The notes below the pieces were generated by a model. It did no database searches. It was not told the origin of the DNA and was given only the letters and a program-made list of their open reading frames with translations. From Lama glama (Eukaryota): a stretch of 63,675 nucleotides of DNA. Numbering within the stretch: the stretch's first letter is position 1; each line of letters starts with the position of its first letter. Made by a program: the position numbers and the translations under genes. Shown piece after piece: positions 24,518-36,415 of this stretch. The stretch spans positions 11,470,326-11,534,000 of the forward strand of contig CM052829.1 in assembly GCA_028534125.1 (NCBI GenBank). The letters run 5' to 3'.

Positions 24518-26055
24518 GTGAGGCATTGCAGTCCCCTCTCCCTGGAATCCTGGGCCCAGGGCAGTGCCTTGTCCCCAGAATACACTCACTGTACTGAACT
24601 GAGTATCTCCTTTTTTTATCTGGCCTTCATCACATATTTTGAGTTGGTTTTACAAATATTTCAGTCCAAAGAGTATGATTTTAACAATAGAAGGTAAGAA
24701 TTAAGGATATAAGTTATCTAATCTTGGATTGTCTATTTATTAATTTTTTCCTACCACTAAGCTTAAAGTAGGTATTTTGAGACCATCTCTACAGGAGACA
24801 TAGTATTAAATAGAGTTCAAGAGTGATTATCTTTATAAGGACTTTCTGCACGTGACTTGTTCCCAGGGTATTAGTAGGGAGAATCCTGTTTTAACAAAGG
24901 GTGACTGCTTAACAGAATTGCTACTTTATAATGCAATCATATTAAAATGGAAATACATTGTTAAGTGTTCATAATGAGTATACTTTATTTTCACAAATAA
25001 ATTCTCAGCGTATAATATTTGTAAGGTAACTTAGTTGGGAAGTTCTCTTTTGCTTAACGTCTCTTTTGCTGAAAAGTGATAGGAAATTTCTGACTTGTTT
25101 TTCCGATTTGAGAAGGAAATTTGAGGGTTTCTGCTTATTAATTTTGGGGAAAAGACCTGTTTGACTCTCTAGGGTTAATGGAGTTCCTTTCTTTAGATCT
25201 AATTTTTGTGTGAAGCTGAGATGCAGAACAGAACAGTTCAAGGAGAGAAGGAAGTAGGAGAGATGGCAGGAGCCACACCTAGATACTAGTCACTTTGGCT
25301 TAAGCATCTTGGAGATGAAAGGAGTTTTCAGGAAAAGATGGAGACTGAGGTCCATATATCACCTCATTTAGTTCTTCTAGTAACATAAGAAGCTGTGAGA
25401 CATGGAGGGCCTTTGAATGGTGGGATCCCTGCTGCCCGGGTGGTGGACCTGTCAGAGTGGTCCACAGATGTTCACGAAATAGCTTTTTAAATACAGGGCT
25501 TCAGACTCCAGGACAGAGCATTATCCTGATGTCAGAGCCCAGTGTATTTATGAACTGAGTCTACACCCTTGATTTCTTGGCCTTTGCGATTTCCATTTCT
25601 CTCTCTTCTGCCTCAAAATATGTTTAAGTCCTCCTTTGTTTAAAATTAAAATAAACCCTTCCCATAGTTCTTAAGCTAGCATCATTTTTTTACCTCTGCT
25701 GAAGTCTTTATAAACTCAGAAATATTTCACAAAATGTCATTTTAGCTGTTACATTCACACTTCTATTAGTAGCTGAGTTCTGAGTTGGTAAGTAGAGGGT
25801 CATAGAGAGAGAAGCTCAGTTTTGAGGATTAGGGAGGGCTTGATTTTGTTTTGTATTATATTTTGTTATTCTGCTCTTCCAAAAAGAAAGGTTTTAAAAA
25901 TGGTATCCTTCCAACTATTCTTAAATTTAAACCTTCTAAATCTTGTATAAATTCTCTACATGGCAGGTATTTTTATTTATAAATGGTTAGTTCTGCCCTT
26001 TGAACAGATCATACATGTAATTGTTTAAAATCTCAGCTTTTCCTTCTGTGTATAG

Positions 26056-26173
26056 ATTAATCTGGTGATTAACCCTAAAGATCTGAGAATTGATACTAAG
26101 CGAGCCAGTGGAGCCGGAGGGCAGCACGTCAATACCACGGACAGCGCTGTCCGTATAGTGCATCTTCCAACAG
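26056..26173 (+). CDS. MTRF1L: MTRF1L exon 5 (catalytic GGQ)
   Basis: tatAG / GTACGC, 118 bp, [42 protein letters not shown] at 26116-26124. Confidence 0.97.
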
Positions 26174-27325
26174 GTACGCACTTGCCTCTTCAGCAGAAAA
26201 CACTAAGAAAGAAATCAAATTCTGAACGACTTGATTAATTTTCCACCAAAACAGATCCCCAGTTACCAGGGGAATACAGGCTACAAGGGATTGTTACTCA
26301 GTACTTAGTTTATCTAGAACCCTTAGCCGACACTGCAGGATAATGACAAAGCCAAGAAGAGGGAGGGATCTCCCCAGGAAATGCCATGTTTGTGACTATA
26401 CCATTAATTTAAAAAATCTTCACAGTGAAGTAGTATGGGTTCTTCTTTATCAGAAAATGCTCTAAATGTTACAGGTTCTTAGCCTTTTTTGGAAGGAGGA
26501 GGAAATGAATTCCTTTGAGAAAATGAAAGCTTGGATCTGCTACCCAGAAACATACTTATATGCAAAGTTTTGCAAGTAATTTTAGGAGTTCCTTTCTATT
26601 AAGTCCATTTACAGACACCCAGGGGTTCTGATTCCAGGCAGTTATGCAGTGGAGCTATAGCTAAGTATTTGTTAAGTCTTCAAAATACTATTAGGTAGAA
26701 CAAGTATTAATGTAGTGACGTACATATGGTAAAGAGCATATGGATAGTAAACCTCAGCAACCTAGAACGAATACAGAAACCTCTTACTATAAACGATCTC
26801 AAGTAGGCATAATTCCTATTAATTGATAGTGGTTGATGGGCATGCTGGGTTGACTTTTTTTTTTTCAATATGAGGAAATCCTCTTGTTAAACTTAAAGAT
26901 GATGTCATGTAACACAAACAGGAATAGAAAAAAGTGGAAGGATAGCCTCAAAAATATTAATAGTGATTACGTCTGGTAATAAGATTAACTTTTATAATTC
27001 AGTCTGTATAATAAGTAATTACTACTTTAATAAAAATTATGGTGGCTAGCTGAAGTTACCAAAAAACAACCCATATTAAATGATTAATGCTTATTGTTTA
27101 GTATGTATGCCTTCAATAATACTTTGAGCTAGAACTCAAATTTTCAGTTTTCTGATAACTATAAAAGTTATTTGTTAAGTTTATGATCTTCCTTTTTTAT
27201 ATTAGAGTCCTATTTTTTCCCCTTATAAAGGAAGAAGAAAAAGGATGAGAAAGAAAAGGAGTATTCCTTGATAATAAATGAAGATTTTTCTATTAAAACT
27301 CTTTAATTCTCATAACATTATTCAG

Positions 27326-27462
27326 GTATTGTTTCTGAATGCCAACAAGAGAGATCTCAACTGAAAAATAGAGAGATGGCCATGAAAAAGTTACGTGCAA
27401 AACTGTACAGCCTGCATCTAGAAGAAGAAACAACTAAAAGATACAATGCTAGAAAAATTCAG
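27326..27462 (+). CDS. MTRF1L: MTRF1L exon 6
   Basis: ttcAG / GTAAAA, 137 bp, (G)[45 protein letters not shown]. Confidence 0.97.
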
Positions 27463-28244
27463 GTAAAAGTGAATTTAAAAAAAAAATGCTTTTAAAGGAT
27501 AAAAATATTTTTAAAGAACCCAGTTTTTATATATGTTAAAATTATTTCAGTGTATCTGTCACAATTAGGGCACTTCAGGTGGCCCAACCGAGGGCCACAC
27601 TTGTTTTATATGAACCTACACCTCTGCCCTGTTTTATATGCAAAGGTGTTTTTCTCAGACTTTCATCCAGGTTATTTTAAAAAGGTATATGGAGTTCCCA
27701 TTCATTTTGAATCCTTTGAAAATTATGGAAGAAAGCTAGAAAGGAAACTGAACTTACTTTCTTCCTGTTTGGCATTTGATTTTTATAATTACAGGGCCCT
27801 CCTGTTAACTCCTTATTACACAGAGGTCATCACTTCACCATGACTGATGATGACCAGATTAAGTTAGACTATATGTATCTAGCTACCATCTGAATAGCAT
27901 CTGTGTGCCAGGCTGTATGTATGCATCATCACTGTGCAGTAGGTGTTGTTAGTCTGTATTTAACAGATGGGGAAACTAAAGTTTAGAGTTGAAATAAATT
28001 GTCTGAAGCCATAAATTACTGAAGAGAGAGGATTCAAAATTCAAATTCTAACCTGTGTGACTATAAAGCCTGTATTTTTTCCATATCATATTCCCAAGTT
28101 ATTTAATGGTTCAAAATATTTAAAACTTGGTTCTTAACGTTGTGTTTCAAATTATACACCAAGAACTTAACCTCCAGGTAAGTTAAATTTGTAGGCTTAG
28201 TTGCCCTGAATTTAACTATCTCATATTTTTTTTTTAATATATAG

Positions 28245-28445
28245 ATTGGCACTAAAGGAAGGTCAGAGAAAATAAGAACATACAATTTTCCACAGAACCG
28301 GGTCACAGATCACAGAATAAATAAGTCACTTCATGATCTTGAAACTTTTATGCAAGGAAAGTATCTACTGGATGAACTTGTACAGTCGTTGAAGGACTAT
28401 GCTAATTATGAATCTTTAGTAGAACTTATTTCCAAAAAAGTTTAA
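28245..28445 (+). CDS. MTRF1L: MTRF1L exon 7, C-terminus and stop
   Basis: atAG acceptor, [66 protein letters not shown]. The seven exons sum to 1143 nt = 380 aa + stop (mitochondrial release factor mtRF1a). Confidence 0.97.
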   Translation: MGTKGRSEKIRTYNFPQNRVTDHRINKSLHDLETFMQGKYLLDELVQSLKDYANYESLVELISKKV

Positions 28446-28794
28446 GTTGATTTGTTATTAAAGACTTGTATAGCTTATGAAAATTCTATTATAGCAAATC
28501 ACATTGTGGAAATATCAGTATTCTCTTGAAAAACATGTGTTAACACAGTTGGGAGTAACACGTGTTTTTAAGACATAGGTAATTTATATAAATCTTCTCT
28601 CAATGTATTAGTAAAAAACATACAATATAATCATGACTCTGATTGTGTTATTGTGGACTCTTCCTTATAAGAAGTAGACAAAGGAAAAAACAGTCCTTTG
28701 CTTTATGTAAACTGTTTAATGGATGATTGAAAATTTGGTTTAACTCTTAAGAAAAACTTTAAACTTAAAATAATAGAGATACGACATTAATTAC

Positions 28795-29740
28795 TGTACC
28801 CAGTCAGGAGACAGAAACCTACCTTTAATTTGAACAAGGATAATTTTGATATAAAGGATACTTAACTGATGGTGGGATAAGTTGTTAGGGGATAAAAGAC
28901 TACTACTCTAGGACAGAACGCTTCCCCAAGGAAAGAACAGCCCCTTGGAAAGGGCATCCCTTCTCCCAGAGCGGAGAGTCAGGCCTATGGAGACTGTGGC
29001 TTCGGCAGAGACGTTCCCTGGGTTGCCCTGGGCCAGAGTGGGGGATCAGACCTCACAAGCAGAACCTCAGACCTGCAGGGAATGGTAAGCAATAAGTCTC
29101 CCCCCAGGGGGTTGGCAAAACTTGCTGGAGGGTAAGCACCACCTTGCGTCTGCGTTAGTCAGGCTTCTCCTGGAACCTGGAGGCTAGAAGGATGCGGATA
29201 TGTAGAGAAAGAGCTTTACTGAGGAACTGGCTCACAATTATGGAGGCTGGCAAGTCTCTGATCTGCCATGTGGACCAGCAGGCTGGAGACCCAGGAAAGC
29301 TGGTGCTGCAGTTGTGGCCTGAAAGCAGTCTGTTGGAGAATTCTCTCTTGCTCAGGGAAGGCCAGTCTTTTTTGCCCTTTTCAGGTCTTCAACGGATTGG
29401 ATGAGGCAATTCCACATTATGGAGGGCATTGTGATTTTCTCAGATATTCACTGATGAAAATGTTAATATCATCCAAAACACCCAGAGGAATGTTGACTGA
29501 GTATCTAGGTACCCTGTGGCCCAGCCAAGTTGATGCGTAAAATTCACCACCACAGTGTCCGAGAGCACCCCTGGCAGGTGTGCATAGCAGCACACTGGAA
29601 ACAAAAGAAGCCCCTTCCTCCTGCACTGTCTGTCTGTCATCCCCTACTGACAAAGCTTAACATGGTACCAGCTGGCAAAGGAGAAATGTTTATAGGTCCA
29701 GCTCCAATATCACAAAGTAAGGCAATAAATCACTAACTGG
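28795..29740. mobile_element. Old ERVL-type LTR (LTR33-like) interrupted by an MLT2 LTR
   Basis: cagtcaggagacagaaacc..tttgaacaagg on the left and tactgacaaagcttaacat..cagctggcaaaggagaaatgttt on the right. Family name from memory. Confidence 0.5.
29151..29554 (-). mobile_element. MLT2-type (ERVL) solo LTR
   Basis: TG..CA ends, aggaactggctcacaattatggaggctggcaagtc..ggattggatgagg..gcccagccaagttga. 5-bp TSD GCGTC (29146-29150) / GTGTC (29555-29559). Confidence 0.8.
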
Positions 29741-31589
29741 CACAAACACTCATACTCGTTGTCTAGTTTCAAGAGATGTTTTCGTATTTGCTTGGTGTTA
29801 GAAGTTACAAACGTTATACTTCACATTTAAATATTTCAGCTCGTATTTAAAAAAAATAAGGACACTATTCTACTTAATTATTTACAACAAGGTAGGATTT
29901 CCAGAGAAACAAAGGCAATTTTACTATTAAGGTTGTATGATTTAAATGTCAGAGGACTGGGAGACGTTTAGTTAACTCTCAAAATTGCACATTTTTCCAT
30001 ATTTGTTAGAATCAACAGTAGTCTGAATTTTTATGAGCATATGTACTACATAAATTCAAAACTATATTATTTTCAGGTAATTGTTTCCTCTTTACTAAGT
30101 TAACATTAGCCAGATTTCCTTTCAAGCCACATTATGTGCTAAATTTTAGCATAATTTTATATTGGTAATTTTTACCTTATTCTAAAAGGGGGGTGTAGAA
30201 AAAGCATTAAAGGCAGTTTAGAATTTAAGCTGGCCAAAGGTTATCATACACATCAGAGAATTTTAATTTGAAGAGTATCCCTCTTCTCTATAATGTTCTG
30301 CTCATAAAAGGCATTCTACCTTCAAACGAACAGTTGATGAATTCAGCTTTTAGTGACCTATGTGACTCTCGACTACAGCAAGATATGTTCATTCCATAAT
30401 ATTCACTGTCTGCTTAAGGCCTGATGCAAGCTTGTGTCTGCCAGGTTTATCACTTTCCCCCTGGATTTTCTGGTTTCCTTTTTGAATGAAAGGGACCTAT
30501 CTACAGGTTATTAAATATTACAATATACTATTACTTCATTTCTCTTTACCTCTTCTAATCGGTAATAACTAGGAAAGTTGGACTGGGATTGTGTAGGGTC
30601 TGTAATGTTAGATTTCATTCTGTGAGAGCCAGTTAAGTTTACTTATTCCTTCCCCATCCTCCACTCCTCCAAACCCTGTCCCAAGGAAAAAGAAAATGTC
30701 AGAGTGGTAATCATGAAGAATCTTCCATCAATTCTCAAACCTCCTGTCCATTAGAACATTTCCAGACACTCCACGATCTTGTATGCTGTCAGTCTACAAT
30801 AAGGATTTGCTGAAAGAATCAGAGCACTTCTCTCTGCACGTCATTTTGCACCTAAAAACTCAATAGTTCTGATTGATACTGATTTGCAGAAAGAGGTACA
30901 TACATCTGATGACATTTGTTAAAATTCAGAATGACCCTTTCTAAATTTCTCACTAAAACTGAAACTAACAGGTGCTTGTGAACCTACTGAAAAAGTTAAT
31001 TGTCAGTTAAGGATATTTCAACATAATTAAAGCTCTAACAATTAAAATCAAGTATTAAGTAACTTAATAAACAAAAAGCAAAAAGACTCAAACTATTCCA
31101 GCTTCACTCTTTATATTATATTACCATAGTAATTTTAATTTTCCTAAATCTTAGCCTTTTTTCTGAAAATAAATTTAAAAAATAATGGCTGGAGAATAAC
31201 TTTTAAGCTGTGGTTAAGATTCAAAGGTTATAGTTCAAGTGCTCAACTAATTTTAATGAGAACCGCTCCACCCCACCCCCATCATATATTTGTCTGCACC
31301 TAAAAATAAAAGGAGTAAAGATGATCTCTAAGGTCAAATGGGGAAGTAATGTGAAAACGTACTGAAAACAATCAGGCCTCTGACAAATATTACTCCTCAC
31401 TATAACACAGAGGAAAACACATGGATTTATCCCAGACAACGGGGATGGAATTTTTGCTTACTAGCTGTGTGGTTCTGTGGGGATGAACTTTAAGCACAAT
31501 CCAAAAAATGAAAATTCTAGGGTTACTGTGAGAGTTAAAGGCTAACATTTAAAAAGTGCCTAGTAGATTTAAAAAAAATAGTCATTCAA

Positions 31590-31984
31590 CAAATCACTCC
31601 CTTGCTAAAATCCCTCCAACAGCTACCCACTGCTAAAGAAACTCTAAACTCCACATGTAAACCAAGTTCTACAGCTTCTGGCTTCCACTTCTCTGACCTC
31701 ATCTACTTCTCGTCATTCTGTAACAAACAAACATATTCAGTCTCTTTCCTCTGCCTATTAGGCAGACTTTTGTATTGCCAGCTCAACTTCCCAATTTTGG
31801 TCCAAAGCCTCAGAAAACTTCCTGACCACCCGAACTATGCCTATTCTCCACCCGCTGACGTTGTTTTATATCCCTCTTTCATTTACTGAAATTGTTCATT
31901 GCCAATTTCTTTCCAATTAGAATGTAAACTCCCTGAAGGACAAGACTTTTGTCTTTTCAATCCTATGTCTCCAGGACCTAGTAC
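31590..31984 (+). mobile_element. L2 relic
   Basis: cttgctaaaatccctccaacagctacccactgc..tagaatgtaaactccctgaaggacaagactttgtc. Confidence 0.6.
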
Positions 31985-32185
31985 CAGGCCAGGCTGAGGT
32001 GAGAGACATATGACTCAGATGCAAAACTGAGGATGCCAAATAGTCCAGCAATCCAGGAAAGTACTAATGCAACATTCTAAAAAATAAAAATTAATGCAGA
32101 AAACCATGCTTAACTATCAAAAACTTTACATAGTAAAGACAGGATCCACTCAGCACCTACGTGGCTCATCCTGATGCCGGCCCTG
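31985..32185. mobile_element. MER96B-like hAT element
   Basis: Termini CAGG..CCCTG, with internal taatgcaacatt..aaaattaatgca..taaagacaggatcc. Confidence 0.65.
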
Positions 32186-32699
32186 CTTCACACAGGACTT
32201 GCCAACAATTTAACTAAGCGCTTACCACAAGCCAAGTATTAACGCTCCCTGAGGCTGCAGAAGAGCAAAAGAACGGGAAAACTACAAAAGACTGGGATTT
32301 AGACTTTTGAGAGCTTATGTCCTATGGCTTCAGAGCGTTGATGCACTGTCACTTTAGTACACATTCAAAGAGTAAAACGTTCAGCATGACTAATAATACG
32401 GTACAACTTGTCATCAAAGACTTAACAATTAATACTCTCACCCATTCCTCCACCACTAGAAAACCACGACCAGGAGCCTTCGGTCCCAGGGTGTGAGAAT
32501 TGGAACTCCCAGGGCAGGATGATTCATTCATTCATTCAGAAGCAGGACTACTTGAGTGCGCTTGGTCTTTAACGAAAAGAAACGAAACCCGGGAGATTAG
32601 TGTAGATACAAATTTAATAAGCTTAACTTCCGTAACAAAGCACTGGTGGCTGGGGAGCGGTGGTTGAAAATACAAGCACTCTTACAAGAAAGAAGTGAC

Positions 32700-34350
32700 T
32701 GTCTCAGCTCATCACCGAGGGAAGGCCTCCGGGAGACGCGGCTCCAGGTCTCCCGCCATCAGGGGGACTGGACCAGCTCCGCGCTGGGAGGGACGCGGCC
32801 CCACCCACCGCGGCCCGCCGCTCTCTGCTCCCCCAGAGAAACGCGGGGTACCCCAGTGCGCACGCGCCAACCCGCCAAGTGTAGGCCCGCCGCCCGCCAC
32901 AGCGCCTGCGCAGAAGACTGAGCAGGGGAAGGGGCGAAACCAGGAGGGAGAGAGGAGCGCGCGTAAATGCTAGAGAGGCGGGCAAAGCCGGGCTTGGGGG
33001 AGGGCTCGTCTTCCGGAAAGTCTGCATTCCCGGACGAGCAGAGTCGCCGCTCACCAAACTCCCGCTTGTGAGATGACCGGAGAAAGTCGGCTACCCTCTG
33101 TACCCATCGGAGATCTTCAGACAGAAGCCTTCAGGATGAAATCTGGACCCGCAGGAGGCCGGCTCCCCAGACAGCGGAGAGAAGCGTGGCGGGGGCACGC
33201 ATGCGTGGTAGGCTCTCTCCACGTGCAGCCGGGCCGCGGCCTCCCCGCGCTCGGAGGCCCCGCCCCGGCCCCGCCCCCGGCCTCCGCATCCTTCCGGACG
33301 CGCGGAGCCGGCGAAGAGGAAGGAGGTTGGGCCTCGCGGCTCGGCCCCGCCTCTGCACTCTCCTATTGGGCTTGGGTGAGGGCACCCCCTCCCACCGCCT
33401 TCCCATTGGAGCGCGCGTGCAAGCGGCGCACCCCATTGGGCCTTGCGGATTTGGGCACCAAATTCAAAGATTTTAAAAGTACCAGCTGGCGCCTTTTAGA
33501 AGCTAGAGCTCTGAGAAGCTGGCCGCCCCGTCTTACGTCGCGGTGGCAGTTCCCTCACCTGAGGCGGACTCCACTTGTCCTGGCATGAGCCGGCGCCCCT
33601 GCAGCTGCTCCCCACGGCCGCCCTCCGGTTCCTGCCGCTGCAGCTACGGCGCCCTGACAGCCGCCGGGCGCCCTCGCCCCTTGGACGGTGGGTGAGAGGA
33701 GAGGGCGCGAGCGGGGCTCGCGTTCCCTGAGGGGTGCCCGGTGCAGGGGGACAGGGGGGACCGCGACCCGGCCCCGACACCCTTCCGAGGCTGCGCGTGC
33801 GGCCCCTCGCTGGGCCTCGGGCGGGCGGCGGCGGGCCCCAGCGGGCCCCGGGACCGGGGGAACGATGGCTGGGGTCCGGGGAGGGGGAGCAGGGGTGCAG
33901 AGGTTGGATGGCGGGCCGGGGTCCCGCCGTGCACGCCGAACCTGGGCGCCAGTACCTGGGGAGGTGCAGGTGAGGGCCTCCCGGGTTGCCCTTTTTCGCG
34001 GGGAAGGGCAACCTATCTCCACCCCGCCGGCCTGGGCGCCAAATGCCCCCTCCCCTCCCCCACCCCACCCCGGGCTGCATCTCTGACAGGCCCACGAGCG
34101 GGGACCCCCAGGATCGGCCGGGGCCCGACGCGCACTTCTTGCGCCCCTGTTCCATGTCTGCCCCGAACCTCAGGTCCGATGTCAGTACCCCCCTGTTTTC
34201 ACCACCTCGGTCTTCCTGGCGGGCGCGGGAGATCGTGCTCGCGGTTATCTCCCGCCTCCTCCGCCAGGCCCGCGCCCTGAAGGGCCCCCTTCCGACCCCT
34301 CAGGATTTCCAGGGTCTCCCCTCAACCCACTCCCGCCAATTGGAGGGACC
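32700..34350 (+). promoter_or_regulatory. FBXO5: FBXO5 CpG island and cell-cycle promoter
   Basis: Very GC/CpG-rich. Three inverted CCAAT boxes (ATTGG 33365, 33405, 33435), CHR-like TTCAAA 33463 and TTTAAA 33472, E2F-like TGGCGCC 33487, palindrome CACGCATGCGTG 33196-33207 (NRF1-like), E-box CACGTG 33220, GC boxes. Confidence 0.9.
33585..33687 (+). CDS. FBXO5: FBXO5 (EMI1) exon 1
   Basis: ATG 33585, MSRRPCSCSPRPPSGSCRCSYGALTAAGRPRPLD, 103 bp, donor G|GTGGGT, in frame with exon 2. Confidence 0.92.
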
Positions 34351-35879
34351 CCCCTCATCGGACTGGGCCCTGTTGGGATGTCCAAACAAAAACGTTCAAT
34401 TTCTCCTTTTTCCCCTATTACCCAGTGACTCAAGTCTCAAGGCCTGGAGTCAAAAGGAGAGAGGGGGAAAAGAATGCACTTTTTAATACAAAACCATGAA
34501 TTTATCCAAACGTAGTCGATTTTGAAGAACTTAGGAAGAAGATTTGAGAATTGAAGAATTCTTTTTTTGTTTTGGGTTTTTTTTTTTTTCTGTGCTCCTG
34601 AAAAGCTAGTCTTTTATTCCAACTCCTGGATGGAAGGCACTCAAATAGACGCTTACTTTTATCCCCTTTGTTGCTATCTCTAAAAGAGATCCAGATGCAT
34701 TCATTTTACCTCAGAAATTACCCAAAATTTTGAAAATTAGCAACTTGATACTGTGATATTTGGTAATCACTGAAAGACGCCCCTTATTTTAAGGAAAGGA
34801 ATTTAGAAAACTCAAAAAACAATTTTAACAGGTTAAGTCTATTTGTAGAAGACCCTGGATCTTAAATCTCCCTGTGAAGTTCTAAAGATTGGTGGCTTTA
34901 AGAACGGATATTTTTTGATTTCTTAATTCCAGTTGTCTTTACTACCTTGCTCCTCAAGACCCTCAAGAGAATATTTACTGTCCCTCTGGATTTTTTTTCC
35001 CTGTTTACAAGTTTGAGGAAATGAAATGAAAAAATGTATTATATTCAAATGCTTCTGAAAGTAGTCTTTTCTAAGATTTTCTCTTAGGGATTATGGCTGA
35101 TTTGCAGTTTATGGCGGCAAGCCTTGGGGCTCTCTTAAATTCTTAAGGAATAGCCATGGCTCTCACGTTGGGCACATGCTGGTTATCTTGCAGGTACTGG
35201 AGATTATGGAACTTAATTATTTAGTATTGGAATAGCTGTAAAGATTTTTAATTTTAAACACTGTAGTCTAGTTAACTATGATATTTTAACATGAAGTGTC
35301 AGATCCATATTGGAAAGTTAAATAGTTTAAGTACAGTGAACTATAATACAGTTTTTCATGATTGGACTATTGAGTCAGTAAATAAGAGTTTTAAGAAATG
35401 TAGTGCTGAATCTACCAGCTCCACGAGGTAGATATTAGTATCTCCATTTTAGAAAAAGTGAAAGAGTAATTGAATGTTCTAGATCACAAAGCTAGTCAAA
35501 AGACTGAGCAAGGATTTTCATTTGAAGTTGGATATGATTCCCAGGAAAAATATTTAATTCTCTGAAATGCATGGTCTGTGTAGAGTGTATTTTGCTACCT
35601 TTAAAATGTTCATGATTTGCATTATAAAGAATATGAAGGGATTTGGCTTTCAAAAATAATGTGAAAATGGATTGTATTTATTGAACCATACGTGACAGGG
35701 GCTCTGCCATGCGTTTAGTCCATTTTTGTTTTACCACATTTTATAAATGAGGAAACAGGCTTTAAGAGTTTACTTGCTCAGTGTTTTGTTTTGTTTTATT
35801 TTGTTTTTGAAACCTTAGATGCTCAAGATTTAAACACCAGGGAATTGTTTACTCCACTTTCTTTCATCATCCACAACGA

Positions 35880-36415
35880 ATACAGTATATCTCCAACCTC
35901 TGTTGACTTTACCCTTCTAAAAAATATCTCAGATCTATCCAGTTATCCTCATTTCCACTGTGGTTATCCTAGTCTCAGGGGCCTTACATTCTGGACGCCT
36001 GTGATTAGCTCTTCTAACTAGTCTCCCTGCTTCCACTCGTACCTTCCTACAATTCATTCTCCACAACTGCCAATCATTTTTTTTTTAATGTAAACCAAAT
36101 GTCTCTATTTAGAACCCCTCAAAGTCTCTTTATTACACGATAAATAAAATCCGTCTACCTTAAAAATTCTATAGAGCATTCTATATCTCTCCAGCCTTAA
36201 TTTTCAATCAATTCTTCCCCTAGCTTGCTAAGTTGCAGCCCTGCAAGCCATTCTCTTGAAAGCTCTGCACTTGTCCTTGCATCCAGGTCCACCTCTGTCT
36301 GAATTTTGACAAGGCTTTCAGATTTCATAATGTCACCTCCAGAAGATCTTCCCTGACTGGTTTCTTTCCCTCTCCACATGCTGTCATTAAGTAGGCATTG
36401 GATAAATGAATGAAG
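35880..36415 (+). mobile_element. L2 relic in FBXO5 intron 1
   Basis: agcttctaactagtctccctgcttccactc..attcattctccaca.., ending in the ataaatgaatgaa tail. Confidence 0.65.

Noticed and set aside
33073-33588. 171-aa upstream ORF whose TGA overlaps the FBXO5 ATG (ATGA)
   Set aside because: It runs through the CCAAT/CHR core promoter, so it is probably not on the main mRNA. One in three upstream frames would end at ATGA by chance.
32646-34486. Many overlapping 90-219 aa ORFs on both strands
   Set aside because: Pro/Arg/Gly-rich translations are expected from stop-codon scarcity in a CpG island. Only 33585-33687 fits FBXO5.
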